Below, in pieces: positions 49,900 through 63,475 of a DNA stretch of 64,000 nt. How positions within the stretch are numbered: the stretch's first letter is position 1; each line of letters begins with the position of its first letter. The position numbers were made by a program, and so were the translations under genes. The notes under the pieces are model-generated. The model saw only the letters and a list, made by a program, of their open reading frames with translations, did no database searches and was not told the DNA's origin. Source of the stretch: the human T2T-CHM13v2.0 reference genome, Homo sapiens; the NCBI RefSeq assembly GCF_009914755.1, contig NC_060925.1. One strand, 5' to 3'.

Positions 49900-51360
49900 G
49901 CATATAATTACTATTGATAATGCCATGGTGATGAGTGCAGGATGTTATGAGGGCACCAGAGACACCACGAAAGGGCATGGAACCTATTTTGCGAATAGCA
50001 AAGAAGGTATCCCAGAGGCCATGTATCACTGAGTTGAGTTTTAAAGACTCAGAATAATCCAGATCAGAAAGAAGGGCTTCTCAGGCAAGGAAATGCCATG
50101 ACCATAGGTCTAAAACCTGATATGATTAGAGAATAAGAAATATTACCAGCCAACATGATGAAACCCCATCTCTACTAAAAATGCAAATATTAGCTGGGTG
50201 CAGTGGCTCACGCTTGTAGTCCCAGCTACTTAGGAAGCTGAGTCAGGAGAATCTCTTGAACCCAGGAGGTAGAGGGTGCAGTGAGCCAAGATCACACCAC
50301 TTCACTCCAGCCTAGGCAACAGAGTGAGACTGTCTGAAAAAAAAAAAAAAAAACTATTACCAGAATCTAATGACCTGGAGTGTGAACAATAGTGAAGACA
50401 GAGACAGATTTCAGGTGTGTCACAATGGAAGGTGAGCCAGGACCTGATGGTGAACAGCCCGGCTTGGTCTCTGAGAAGCCAGAGAGTACACTGTATGTGT
50501 CAGTGACTTTTTGGAGAATTTACTCCAAAAGAGTGACATGCCCAGATTACAGGCTAGGTAGATCTCTGAGGAAGTAAAGACAATGAATAGGAGGCAGAGA
50601 AATGAGTTACAAGTCCAGGTAGAAGGTGAGGAAAGCCTCAACTGGGGCAGTGCTTACAGGAATGAGTAGAAGGGAGGGGTTAAAATATACTTAGGAAGTA
50701 AAATCATCTAATTGGGTTAGTGATTGATAGAGGATGAAGATAGGATAAAAAGAAGGATCAATGCAGGATGGCTCCACAAACTGGGATGCAGAATAAAGAA
50801 AGAAAAGCAGAATGAGCCTGGGGAAGGTTGAGACTGCAAATTCAGTTTAGAAACCATTCAGTTTAAGGTGGCTATGTGACATCCAGGTAGCAGTGGCCAG
50901 TTGGCAACTGGTCTAGCAGTCTGAGGCTCAACTCCCAAGTTAAAACTAGAGATAAAGATATTGAGAGAGGGGATATCTGCATATCCATGATGGCTTAAGC
51001 CCTTGTACAGGATGGAAGCCCCAAGGAGAATGGAAAGAGTAAGATAAGAGAGTAAAGAATAAAACTCTGGGGAACACTAACATTTAAAAAGTGAACAGAG
51101 TAAGAACTTGCAAAGGACATGGAGAAGGACCATCAGAAGGGTAGAAGACAAAAGAGCAGAGTGTGATGTTCTGGAAACCAAGAGAGAACATGGTGCCCAG
51201 TGCTGCTCAGTGCAGAGAGTTAAGAAAGACAATAACTGAAATGCAGGCATCTCATGCCCATCTAGAGGTCAGCTATGGCCTGGGCAAAGCAGGTTTCTAC
51301 TAAAGGGCTGGGCATGGAAGCCAATGAGCTGAGACAAAAATGGGATGAAAGGAAGTGAGG
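49900..51360 (-). mobile_element. L2 LINE fragment containing an Alu
   Basis: gagttgagttttaaaga...aaattcagtttagaaaccattcagtttaagg..atgtgacatccagg...ctggggaacactaacatttaa...gtgtgatgttctggaaaccaagag. Confidence 0.75.
50150..50353 (+). mobile_element. 5'-truncated AluS
   Basis: Begins at caacatgatgaaaccccatctctactaaaaat, has a complete right arm and A-tail. Flanking duplication tattaccag at 50141-50149 and 50355-50363. Confidence 0.93.
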
Positions 51361-51659
51361 GCACAACCTTCAGCATTGTTAGGGGTTGCTGTAACACCAG
51401 AAGCCATATCTCATTATTTCTAGATCTTCTGCTTCTCTTTCAATTTTTCTTACACTGACTTTAGTACTCCTAGGTTCTAGAACCTGCTCTGATCAGGACT
51501 TGAGGCCCTAGAATAACAAAGTCACAGTTTTCAAAAGCAAGACCAGCAGTGCTCTAATGTCAAAGTAGTATTGTAGGGCCAGTCACTCAAACTTGTAAAA
51601 TGAAATCTCACCCTTCCACATTGTCAATAATCAGGGTGATCTAAGAAGACCAAACTCAC

Positions 51660-52106
51660 TACTGCTTCCTATTTCAGGCCACCACCATTTCTCTCTGGAT
51701 CACAACAAGAGACTCTCTGCACCCTCTACCCCTTACATCTATATGCCACAAGACAGCCAGAACATTCCTACTGAGAAGGAAATCAGATCAGGTCTACCCC
51801 TTGCTCAAAGCCATTCAATGTCTTCCCATTTCACCTGGAATAAATTCTAGTCTTTACCACTGTGTAAAAGCCCTAAGTAATCTGGCCCCTGCCTAACTCT
51901 TCGAACTCATTTCCTATAATTCTCCCCCTTGCTGCTACTCTTTGGTCACACGGGCCTCCTTGCTGCTCCTCCAACACAGCCAGCACATGTATGCGTCAGA
52001 AACTAGACAATTCTTTTGACTAGAATTCTCTTTCTCTAGAAATTTGCATGAATTCCTTCCCAACTTCATTTAGAATTCTGTTTATATTTCATAGACAGAT
52101 ATAGAT

Positions 52107-52143
<37 letters not shown>

Positions 52144-52320
52144 GATAGATATATCTATTTCTGCATCTGTCTTTCAATCCATATATATGGTAGATATGTC
52201 TATTTCTATATCAATGAAGAATATAAGCTCTCTGGTGGTATAAACTTTGTCTATATCTCTAGCTCTTAGCACAGTTTTGGGCATTTAATGCATAATTGTT
52301 GAGTGAATAAGAAAATGAAT
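51660..52320 (+). mobile_element. L2 3' portion containing a GATA repeat
   Basis: aatcagatcaggtctaccccttgctcaaagcc...tctggcccctgcctaactct...ttgttgagtgaataa. Confidence 0.75.
52107..52150. repeat. (TAGA)9 TGA TAGA tetranucleotide STR
   Basis: Direct reading. Confidence 0.95.
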
Positions 52321-54253
52321 ACCTAAATGCAGCTACAAAAAATCAGTCCCCAAACCTGAAAGAGAAAAGAATGAACCAAACAGAAACTAAGCACAAATAT
52401 CAATCCTCTGACAGATACGTACCAAATACTTCCAATGTGTCTAGCATCATGTTAGACACAAGGTAGACATACAAGATGTCTGGCCCATGCCCATATTAAG
52501 CAGGCAGTTCGGTTGAATAGACATATTACATAATTAGTGAATGAGACAGTTTATAGAAAAGTACTGGCAGTCTTTAAATTAAAACTCTAATTAGTTCATA
52601 ATTTGTATTGCCTTGCTCTGAGTCACTGGATTTTTCCTACACCCTTCATGGCTCCTATACTCTACCATAAATGGGTCCTTCTCCATGGCTCTCCCTGACA
52701 GCACCAACAACTAGACCCCTGGCTCACCACCTTGCTAACTTCCTCAGTGAAGGAGTCTTCGCATCTTGCTACTTAGGAATTTCCCAGGCACTGTCCTCCT
52801 CCTTTCTGGCCTAACATCTGCCCCTTTCAAGGCTGACAGAAACTCAGGGATATAACCAAAGGATGCAGACCTGTTGCTAGTGCCACATCTGTCTGATACA
52901 TGCAAGTAACTGGGACTAGTTAATGACTTAAGCTATCTGTTTCACATTGATTGCAAAGGTTTTTAACACCAATATATTATGAAAATGTGTGCCTGTTATC
53001 TGTCCATTAGTCAGAAATTACTTATGTGGTTATTAGCATTATCTCATTGACCCTAATAAGACATGAAAAAGAAAGTGAGAAATATATTGACCCATTTTCC
53101 TCTGAATAGAACGATGCAGAAAGAGGTGGATTTCTAAGGATCAAACTATTGGGAAAAGAGGTCAGGTATCCTGAAGCTTGATTCTGTGCACCTCCTCTTT
53201 ATGGTCACCATTGATTTCTGAATGGGGTCTCAAGGTTTAGTAATGAAGAAAGAAGAGCAGAGTCAATAATTTTGATTTCTTGACAAGGCATTTGCCTCAG
53301 TAGTAGATTTTCCTTCAAACAAATCTCTTGGAAGAAAAGTCTCATCAGATTACCCCACTAATTTGGAAAACATATCATACGCATATACATTAACTCAAAT
53401 ATGAAACCAGCAGAAGTAATGATCAGACTACAGTAACAGACTGAAGAATCTTTTCTTTTGTTAGATAAAAAAGTTGATATAGTAATGATTGACCTCATTC
53501 ACAATAGTCAGCCAACCCTATGCAATGACTCTCATAATACCAAAGAAAATAAATATGATACGATGTTTTGATATCTCCTAAAGCATGAGGTTTAGTCTAG
53601 TTTACATATATTCTTTTCTAAGTTCAGAGGAGAGAATAGATTCATTCATTCAACTAACATATATTAAGCACGTGTAAATAAAGAACACTTAAAAGTAAAT
53701 ACAGTGAAAGAGAATGGATATGAAGAAGGTATAATTTTCTTGCACCAGCATTTCTGTGAAGCATTTCTAAGAAGTAGACACAGAAACAAGAAATGACACC
53801 AAAATCATCCATGGAAGGAGCAAAATACTATAACATAAGTTAAGCCAATAAGAAGAGATAATATGTAAAATTTTTTAAAAGGCCATCTGTTCATTTTACA
53901 ATTATTTCCTGAGCATCTACAACATTCCTAATACTGTGAAGCATAAGACAAAGGTACTACTTTGACAGATCTTAAAATTTACCAGAGAAGATAGAATATA
54001 CACATTAAAGCTAAATAAAAATAAATGCAGTATTATATCATTTGCCAATCGAATGGAAAAGTAGTCTATGTGATTTTCAAGCATTTGGAGAGGAAGTCAC
54101 TCTGGATTGGTGAAACTGGAGGGAGTTCCTTGGAGGAGGCAGGAATTAATCTGGCATCAGATGAAGCATAAAATTTAAACATGTGAAGAGGAAACTCATT
54201 CCAAGCAATGAAAGCAAATGAAAGTAAGTTCACGTAGATGAGAAAGGATATGG

Positions 54254-54669
54254 TGTGTGTTAGTAACGCTTGCTATGATCACAAAATTGCAATAATCTTA
54301 GTGTGAAACAAAATTAAACTTTATTTCTTGTTCATATAGAGTTCAATACAGATGTCCCCAGTTCCCAGTGAGGGAGTCACCTTCTGCCTAGTCATTTAAG
54401 GACCTAACTCTTGTTGTGTTGTGGCTCTGTTCTCCTTTGGGTCTTTGACATCTTCTCCCTTTAGTTGGTGGATGGGAAAGACAAAGAGTAAGGATGGATT
54501 ATACATGGAAAAATGTCATGTGCCAGACCTAGAAGTGATATATCTCACTTTTGCCCACATTCCTTTGACTAAAACTCAGACCTAACACCTACGGCAAGGG
54601 AAGCCTCATTGACTGTCTAAGAGACAAGGAAGTAGGCTGTGGTGGACACATAGTAGTCGCTGCCATACA
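54254..54669 (-). mobile_element. MaLR solo LTR, MLT1J/K-like
   Basis: gccagacctagaagtgatatatctcacttttgcccacattcctttgactaaaactcag...ggtggacacatagtagtcgctgccataca. Confidence 0.75.
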
Positions 54670-55131
54670 ATGTTTGGGGGAAAGAAAGTAGATTTATTTA
54701 GCTAGAGTAGAAGATTACAGAGATAGAAGACGAAACAAATGATGGAGAAGTATATGACACAAGACTGCTCTCTAGGAGCTTAGGAAAGAATAATAGACAC
54801 AAAAAGTTCAAAAACAAACAAAAGACTGTGATGGATTCTCCTGAGAGTGATGCATAAAATAGACGGGAGGGAGATTCATGGTATTAGGAGGTTACTCAGA
54901 GTGGCAAGGTTGGGAAAGGTTTCAAGAAAGATGTGAAGAAAAAGCTGAGTCTTTAAGGATAAATTCAGAGAGGTAGACAGTATGTGAGTGGATATCTCAG
55001 GTGGGATAGACATAGACAGATGTGTAAAGAAGAGACAGTAAGCAATAATACAAATGAGGAGGAGGACAAAGATGTGAGCTAGGGCAGAGGGATAATTGTA
55101 AAGCTGATAGAGTCAGACAAATGGCATTTAT

Positions 55132-55340
55132 CAATGGGTGTTTTCTGGCATTGGAAGCAGGGGGACAATTCTTCATTTGTAGGACTACCAAACGTTGCAG
55201 AACTTTTAGCATCCCTAAACCCCACCCATCAAATGCTGGTACTGCTCCCAAGTATTTGTGATTATGAAAATTCCTGCATACTTCCATACCTCCTTCCTGA
55301 GGGTAGGGAAGGAGCAATAATGCTTCTATCGAGGGCACTG
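55132..55340 (+). mobile_element. MER20-like hAT-Charlie element
   Basis: ggacaattcttcatttgtaggact...gttgcagaacttttagcatccct..ccccacccatcaaatgctggta...gagggcactg. Confidence 0.65.
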
Positions 55341-56226
55341 GCCAACAATTAAGGAAAGATGAGGAAATCTTTGGTTCAGGGTCCTGAATGTGAGGCTAAA
55401 GAGGTTAAGGCAGATAAAATAGGAAACAAGAAGTGACTATGGGCTTTAACTGGGGCTTGTGCTGAAAACAATTTTCTAATCACTTACTTCTAGCCTTGAT
55501 GTCCAAGATGACGGCACCACTAATTCAAAATTATATTTCCGACTTAACTTGAGGCATTAACTCACAAAAGACTTACACCCAAATCAAGTCGATTAATCCA
55601 AGTGTCACATATGGGCATTCAAATATTAAAGAATAAATTCCTGAAAACTCAGGACACTTCTAAATTAACACTACTAAATCAGTCTCTTATCTCCTGAGGC
55701 TAGAATGGTATGTAGATGGAAGTAACTTCCCCTAATGAAAGAAATCAATCTGGCAAGAGAACCAGAGAAGTTAAAGTAATTTGAAGGTGTCTACATTTCC
55801 TGCCCACCCAGCCTTATTTTCTAAATTTTTTTACTATTTAGAGAGCCACTACAGTTGCTTCAGGCATGTCAGGCCCTTCCACACAGCACATCTTCCCTTG
55901 ATGCCAAAACCACTGGAAATGGTTTTCAATAGGATTGCTGATTTGCCAAACTACACTTTTGTCCTCTTCGCCTTTGCCCCTTGAGTGGCCCTTTAAGCTA
56001 TTTTAGCTGAAGAGCCTGCTGAGTGAAACAGAGCTAACCCATTGGCCGGGATTGCCTTCTACCCCACAATCACAGAAACTGGCTGGACTCTCATAGCACT
56101 GATATGGGACAATCAGAGTTATGTCAGATGCACTTGCAGGCCTGATAGGAAATGTCACTCTGAGATGCCTCAGCTGCAGGACAGAGAGCTCAAAATTGGT
56201 GTTTGAAAATAACCATGATGAGACCC

Positions 56227-56277
56227 AGAGACAGAGCACTTGAAAGGTTGAAGAGACAGAGCACTTGAAAGGTTTGA
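56227..56277. repeat. 25/26-bp tandem duplication
   Basis: agagacagagcacttgaaaggttga + agagacagagcacttgaaaggtttga. Confidence 0.95.
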
Positions 56278-57529
56278 AGGGACAAAGGACAGATTTACAA
56301 AGAACAATCCCAAGGGACTGTCTCTCATAAAGAAAAACAGGCAATAATTTTCCCAAACTAAATGAGTTCTTTTAAAGTTCATGGATAGTTTTTTTTCTGA
56401 GGTTTTCTAGATCAAAATATGGAGATGAACAAGCTTTCTCCCTCTTTTGAAAATTCAGATACTCCCCAAGAGGGCTCTGATGTAATTATTGGGACATCAA
56501 AGTCAATAACTTCAATCAGATTATTTACCTCCTTCTTTTCCAGGGAAATGCTCTCTGTTGAGGGAATGGGGCTTTTGATTGAGAAAGAGAAGAAATGGAT
56601 AACTTTGACATAGGTAAAATTCTGAGGTTTAGGGCTTTGGGAGGACCTGCTCTTTAGGAAAATGGGAAAGTAGGAGTTAGGAGCGAGATGGAGAAATGAA
56701 GGAGAATGCCCCGTCCATGCATGTCTCTCACTACCTCTGGAAACACAATAAAGGGGATTATTTTTGTTTGAAAGTAAAAGAGAACTACCATTCATTCTGC
56801 TTACAAACATTTATGAGATGTTTACTTGGTACCAGGAAGTACCAGCTTTGTGAATATCCAATAATAAGTAAGAGAAGCAATGAACAAAAACCCTCCCACA
56901 AACAAAAACCCTCCTGCTCTCATTAGAAAGCAGGAAAAAATGAGGTAATCAAATGGGAAAATTTACAGCTTCTATGGATAGAAGTTTGGGAGGAATGCTA
57001 AAGAAGGCTGGGGCTTAGTCAGAAAGAGGGAGCTTATGGGAAGAAAGAAAGGCCTTAGGGGCAAGCCTGGGTGGAGGCAAAGGTGAGGAAGCTAAGATCA
57101 GATGGCCATGATGTCCTCAGTAAGGCTGGAGGCATTTGCTGAGAGTAAAGCTTGAGAAGGAAGAGAACAAATAAGCGCTGAAATACAGTAGATGTGTTCT
57201 TCATCCTAAGTCTACTGGTTTGCCTGCATTTTATGCACTGGAGGTATGTGTTCTTGTAGCAGTCTTTTCAATGAGCTCATGTGCAAGCATTTGATAAAAT
57301 GCTCATATAAGCCTGGTATTTTCACCTCCCTGAACCTTCTATGATATTCCAACAACCTGTTAGGTTCTCCTTTTGGGTCTAGCAATCTGTGCACTTTCTG
57401 ATCTTGCATGAATTCCTCTACGAGTCCCTTTGGAATCAACTACTCTGTCTTTAGTATACACCAACAAATGATAATTAAATACCTGAAACTACACATAAAA
57501 GTTAAATAGCAATTTTACTGGAAAATTCA

Positions 57530-57950
57530 GCCCTAAATGCTCTACTCCTTGTGTTTCTCAAATACTCCAAACGTGCTCCCACCTTGGGGCATTTGCACTT
57601 GCTATTTCCTCTGGATAGCCTCCCAGAGAGAAATACAAGGTACTCCTTCATCTTCTCTTCCATTAAGTATTGCTCAAATGTTACTACATCAGCAAGGCCA
57701 ACCTTGAAACCCCTTCTTAAATTGCAACCTTACAGCATTTGCATCCTCCTTGCGCTCCTCTATTTTCTCCCCAGTACTTACCACCTTCAATATACTATGC
57801 AATTTACTTTTTAAATTACATATGTCTCTCCATTCCCTGCCAAGTATGAAAGTTTTGTAGGCATGTATTTCTTTTCTTTTCCTGCTATATTCATAACCCA
57901 GAACAGTGCCTGATACTAAATAAATTCTTTGTTGAAAGAATGAATGATAG
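57530..57950 (+). mobile_element. L2 3' end
   Basis: cccaccttggggcatttgcacttgctatttcctctg...gctcaaatgttactacatcagcaaggcc...gaacagtgcctga...ttgttgaaagaatgaatga. Confidence 0.8.
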
Positions 57951-58139
57951 CTATGGCTCATTCTACCTCTGAAAAAGGGAGTCTGACAAAGCCCCTCTTA
58001 GTAGCATATCTGGCTTCCAAAATCTTTGGTAATGAGTTCTAGATTACCATGCTTATTACTATATTATAAGCAACATAGCCAATATATATTGAATTTGTTT
58101 ATTGAGAACTCTCATCAAAGCAACAAAAGGCAGCATATA

Positions 58140-58250
58140 AAATAAAGAAAAGAGAGAGAAAGAGAGGAAGAGGAAGCAGAAAAAGGAGATGAAAGAGGAG
58201 GAAAAGAGGAGAGGAGGAGAAGAAAGAAGAGTGAGGGAAAGAAATAGACA
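58140..58250. repeat. GA-rich polypurine tract
   Basis: ~110 bp almost purely A/G. Confidence 0.9.
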
Positions 58251-60665
58251 AAGCCAAGGGAGGAGTCAGCTTGTAATGAGAAAAACAGCATGTAATGAAA
58301 AACAAAAGAAGACTCGGCATGTGAGAAAGTGGCAAACTGGCTGTCCTTTGCCATTTTCCTGCCCTTCATGCGCCTGAGGACAATGGGATAAATGGGCATG
58401 CTCCAGCTGGGCCCCAAGCCTCCATTTGCTAACCTTGTTTGCCACTTTCACTGTGGGAAGGACTGTCTGTGCTCTTGTAGCTGTGCTTTAATTGAACTGG
58501 GCAAGATCAGGTAGATTGATTACCCATTTAGCAAAATGCTCACAGGGATTTCCTCAGAAAATTAAATGCACTGTAGACTACATATTGACAGAGACAAAAC
58601 GCTCCTTTGAAGTGCATGTTAGGATGCTTGAGAGTTGTTTTTATTGGGTCTTGTATTCAAGACCCTGAATTTCAGTGCATGTGTTTTCCTAATCGGAGTA
58701 AAGCTTTACAATTATGTCAAGAGATTTGATATACAAACAGTAGCTTTATATTCAACTTAATGCATCCAGTGCACAAAGCACTTTTGCAGCCTCCTTTTCT
58801 GGAGATGTTTTAAATTCCGTAGGCCTCATTACCTTCCAACAAAACACAAACTGGAAAGTCTACAGTTGTTTTATTGTATACAACCCTCCCGCTACCACCT
58901 TACCCCACCAAAAAAGAAAAAAAAAAAAAAGCTTATTTGAAGTTCTAAAGAGCTTTTATCCCACTTCACATCCGAGGATATTTTAAATTCTGGGGTTGAA
59001 GAAGAGTGTTAACATGTTTGCTTAATGCATACTCCAGATGACACCACCGTTTGACACCATAACGATGCTGGCAATGGTGTATGGCTATCTACTTTACATT
59101 GGGGGCTGTGTACAGACTTTATGTAGTGCTAAGAAATGGGCTTTCATATCTCATTGCACAGCTGACTATAACCTTGGATATACTTAACTCTAAAATGGAT
59201 ATTTTATATCCATTTTGTTAGGAATAGCAAAGAGTACAGGAAGTACCTAACATGGTCTTCTCATATTGTTGGGTCTCAACAAGAAATAATTTCATTCTAC
59301 CTTTCCATACCTGACTTTCTCATTTTTATAATTTTTTTCTCTTATTCAAGGTCATCATAGATACCAGGTTCTATACATTCCTACCTCTTTTCGACCCTAG
59401 GCTATCTCACTCAATGTAATAAATGGGACTGGGATGCTGAGGTCAGCACAGGTCTGCAAAAATGCCCTCATCAGACGGTAAGCAACTGATCTACATTCTA
59501 GGAGAAGATTGCTTCATCCAAGTAAAAAGAGTCCCTGTTTCGTTTCCATTTTGAAGGGAATGCAGCCTTACAAATGTTTGTAACTTTAGCCAGTAAAAAC
59601 TGTAAAATATTAACCTGTTGATCGCTACCTAGTTAAAATTTCCCCCACATAATACCAATGACAATACTTTATATCAATTACTCTTAACTAGAAACTTATA
59701 GAAAACTTCACAGGAAGTATCAGGAAAGTGTTCATAATAATTAGAATGAATACCATCTATTTATTACTGTGCACCAGAACACATGTTATCATTTAATTCT
59801 TACTTTAAAAATTGAGGTCTCTCTATTCCTAACCTTTACCACTGTAAAGATAAGACACATACTAATAAGGTTATGATAGAAGGAAATAAAAATGAGAATA
59901 CAGAATAGAAAATTAACAATAGGAAAAAAATGACAAGGCCAAAGTTAGTGTTAGAAAAGACCAGCAAAATTGTCTGGTTTTGACTACATCATGGAAAAAA
60001 AAAAAAAGAGAGATAATACAAATTACCAATATCAGGAACAAAAAGGAGGTTTTCATTAAAGGTTGTACACACATTAAAAAATATAAGTGGGTAATATTAT
60101 AAACAGCTTTATGCTAACAAATTGTACAGCTTAAATGAAATAAACAAATTTCTCCAAATACACACTTGTTAAACTGACACAAGATAAAACAGAAAATAGG
60201 AAGACCCATATACCTGCTGGTAAAGAAATTGAATTTATTATCAAAAACTTTTTCACACAGAAAACTCTAGGCTCAGGTGGTTCTACTGATGAATTCTATC
60301 AGACATCTAAGGAGGAAATAAAACCAAATGTACACAACCTCTTTGAGAAAAAAAGAAATCACTTTCCAATTAATTTTTATGAGGCCAGAATAAAACTAAT
60401 AGCAAAACCTGAATAAAACATTACATAGAGAGAGGGAACAATATCTTTCATGAACAAAGTGTAGACTCACTTAACAAAAATGTTAACTAAACTGCGTCCG
60501 GTCATATGTAAATAGGATATTGCATTAAGATATAGTGGTATGTATTCTAAGAATGCAATGTAAGTATAACATTTAAAAATAAATGCGATTCAACACATTA
60601 ACAAAATGGTTGAGAAAAGCTATTTTATTACATCAATAGATGCACAGAAAACACCTGACTAAATT

Positions 60666-61037
60666 TCTCTTTTTTGAGTTTCTTTAATTTGTTTTTGGGT
60701 ACATGCACTTTCAGGTTTGTCTGTTTGTTTTTATTTTTCCCAACTTTATAAAGCTTTAATTGATAAAAATTATATATCTTTATGGTGTACGATATGATAT
60801 TTTGATATGTGTATACATTATGAAATGGTTAAATCAAGCTAGTTAACATCTCTATCATCTCACATACTTCGTTTTGTGTGATGAGAATATTTAAGATTTA
60901 CTAATTCCAGAATTTTCAAGAATACAATATATTATTATTACTATAGATACCATGCTGCACAGCATATCTCCAGAACTTATTCATCTTTTCTAAATAAAAC
61001 CTTGTACCCTTTGGCAAATATCTTCCAATTCTCCCCC
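60666..61037 (-). mobile_element. L1MA (L1MA8/9-like) 3' UTR fragment
   Basis: ggtgtacgatatgatattttgatatg...atggttaaatcaagctagttaacat...ctccagaacttattcatc. Degenerate TSD aaaacacctgactaaatt / aaaacatttgacaaatt. Confidence 0.8.
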
Positions 61038-61337
61038 AAAACATTTGACAAATTGTAATGGCAATTCATATTTTTAAATCAAATAAAATGAAGAATTGAA
61101 GAAAATTCATTAAGATGATCAATGGTTTTGATAAAAATGAAAAATTGTCATCATACTTAATGATGATTAAATACTTTTCCTAAAAGATACAAACAAGGCA
61201 AGGATGCCCACTTTCACTGTTCCGATTCAACATTTTACTTAGGTGATGGCCAGGGCAAGTGAAGAAAAATAAATAAATAAAAGGCTCAAAAATTTAAAAA
61301 GAAGTAAAGCTGTCTAATTGCAAATTACATGATTGTT

Positions 61338-61630
61338 GTTGTTGTTTTGAGATAGAGTGTCACTCTGTCACCCAGGCTGGAATGCAGTGGCATGATCTCA
61401 GCTCAATCTAACCTCCGCCTCCCAGATTCAAGCAATTCTCCTGCCTCAGACACCTGAGTAGCTGGGATTACAGGTGCACACCACCTTGCTCAGCTAATTT
61501 TTGTATTTTCAGTAGAGACAAGGTTTTGCCATGTTGGCCAGGCTGGTCTTGAACTCTTGACATAAAGAGATCCATCCACCTCGGCCTTCTGAGGTACTGG
61601 GATGACAGGCATGAGCCACTGTGCCCAGAG
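61338..61630 (-). mobile_element. AluS, full length
   Basis: Complete antisense Alu. 11-bp TSD acatgattgtt at 61327-61337 and 61631-61641. Confidence 0.96.
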
Positions 61631-62699
61631 ACATGATTGTTAACACAGAAAATTCTAATAAATTTGTAAAACATTTAATATAACTCATAAGTGCACTTAG
61701 CAAAATTGTAGAATATAAAGATAATATACAAAATTAATTGTATTTTACATAGTAATAGCAATTATAAAATTTAATTAAAAACAACTCTACTTCCAATGTC
61801 ATCAAAAATCACAAAACACTTTAATAAGTTTCACATAATACCTGTAAAATGAAAACTACAAACATTGCAGAAAAATTTAAAATGTAAGAGAAAAGATATA
61901 CCATGTTCATTGATTATAAAACTAATATTTTTAAGATGTCAATTATTGGCAAACTGATCTCCACAATTCTTCACATAATTTGTGAAGCAAGCTTCACATT
62001 ATTTGAAAGCAAGTCCAATAGTAATCCCAACAGACTTATTTATAGAAACTGTTAATCTCATCCTAAAGTGTATATGGAAACGCAAGACCTGAAAATCCAA
62101 AGCCAATATTGAAAAAAAATTAAGTTACAGAATTTTTACCATACGATTTCAGAATTATAAAGCTTTTGTAACCAAGGAAGGTGTTACTGCCATAAGAGTC
62201 AGTAAAGTGATGATTGCATCATGGGGCAGAATATAAATCAGAAATATACCCACACTTACATGGTCATTTAATTTTTGGTAAAAATCAAAGTAACCTAATA
62301 TGGTAAGGAATCTCTACTTAACAAATGATGAAACACTAGATATGAACATATGAAAAAACTTTGACCCTGACCTCACACAATACATAAACATTAATTTATA
62401 ATAACTCCTAGTCCCAAAAGTGAAAACTAAAACTAATAAGACAATATCATTGTAACTTGGGAGTAAGAAAAACCTTCTTAGACTGGACACAGAAATCAAT
62501 AACCATAAAAAGAGAAAAAAATGACAAATTAGGCTTCATCAAAATTGAAAATTTCCACTCATTCAGAAAACATTAAGAAAATAAAATAGGCAAGCCATGA
62601 GGTGGAAGAAAATATTGGTAAAACTGGTATTTGACAGACTGATATCTAGTTAATATAAAAAATTCCTACAACTCATTAATAAAAAGAGAACTCTTGCTT

Positions 62700-63475
62700 C
62701 TGCCTGCTAAGCTCAAGCACACCTTCACTGTTCCATATCCTATGTTTAATGAGGCCCACATGGCTCTGCCATATCTTCTGTTGTCTTGTTACTTACAGGT
62801 ACTGGGAGATCTACAGGGAGGGCTCTGGGACATTCTAGAATCCAGGAAACACATTTAAAACCAAAGATAGTGAATGCCTGCATGGAGACTGGCACCCTTG
62901 CACCTGTCAGTCCCCCATTTCAGTCAATAAGCATGTGCTGTGCTGCTGCTGCTGCTGCTGCTGCTAGAACATGGAAATGTCCATGAATTCTGCTGCCACC
63001 ACCTGATGAAGTGCCTTGGCTGGCACCACCCATCATAGTGTTGTTACCAGAGGTCTGCAAACACCTTGGCCACTCCAGCACAGCAGGTTTCTAACCTCAA
63101 GTGTCCAGAAAACAAAGCTGGCAGGCCCTCAGAATCAGAGCACAAAGCATAGGAGTCCTGAACTGATATTTGTCCCCCTAATCGTCAGCCAGTTGACTGA
63201 ACTCATCTTAGACCAAAACCAAAGCCCCTAAAACATCTAAGAGGATAAAAGGAGGGGGTGGAAAGCCTATTCAAATGACACCAACTTCAAAGACCAAAGT
63301 AACATCAGCCCACGAAGATGAGAAAGAATCAGCACAATAACTCTGGAAACTCAAAAAACCAGAGTGTCTTCTTACCTCCAAACAACCACACTAGTTCCCC
63401 AGCAATGATTCTTAACCAGGCTGAAATAGCTGAAATGATAGAAAAAGAATTCAGAATATGAATAGGAATGAAGAT
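62700..63475 (+). mobile_element. L1P4/L1PA15-16-like 5' UTR part and ORF1 start, with (TGC)8 at 62941-62964
   Basis: atgagaaagaatcagcacaataactctggaaactcaaaaaaccagagtgtcttcttacctcca from 63318 matches an old primate L1 ORF1 start. Confidence 0.75.

Larger units (their letters stand above)
59870..62690 (+). mobile_element. Old L1M (L1ME-type) ORF2 region with nested L1MA 3' end and Alu
   Basis: caaattaccaatatcaggaac...ggttctactgatgaattctatcagacat...acaaggcaaggatgcccactttcac...gatataccatgttcattgatt. Confidence 0.8.

Noticed and set aside
51472-51485. 14-bp palindrome aggttctagaacct (HSE-like TTCnnGAA)
   Set aside because: Several palindromes of this length are expected by chance in 64 kb, and only two HSE units are present.
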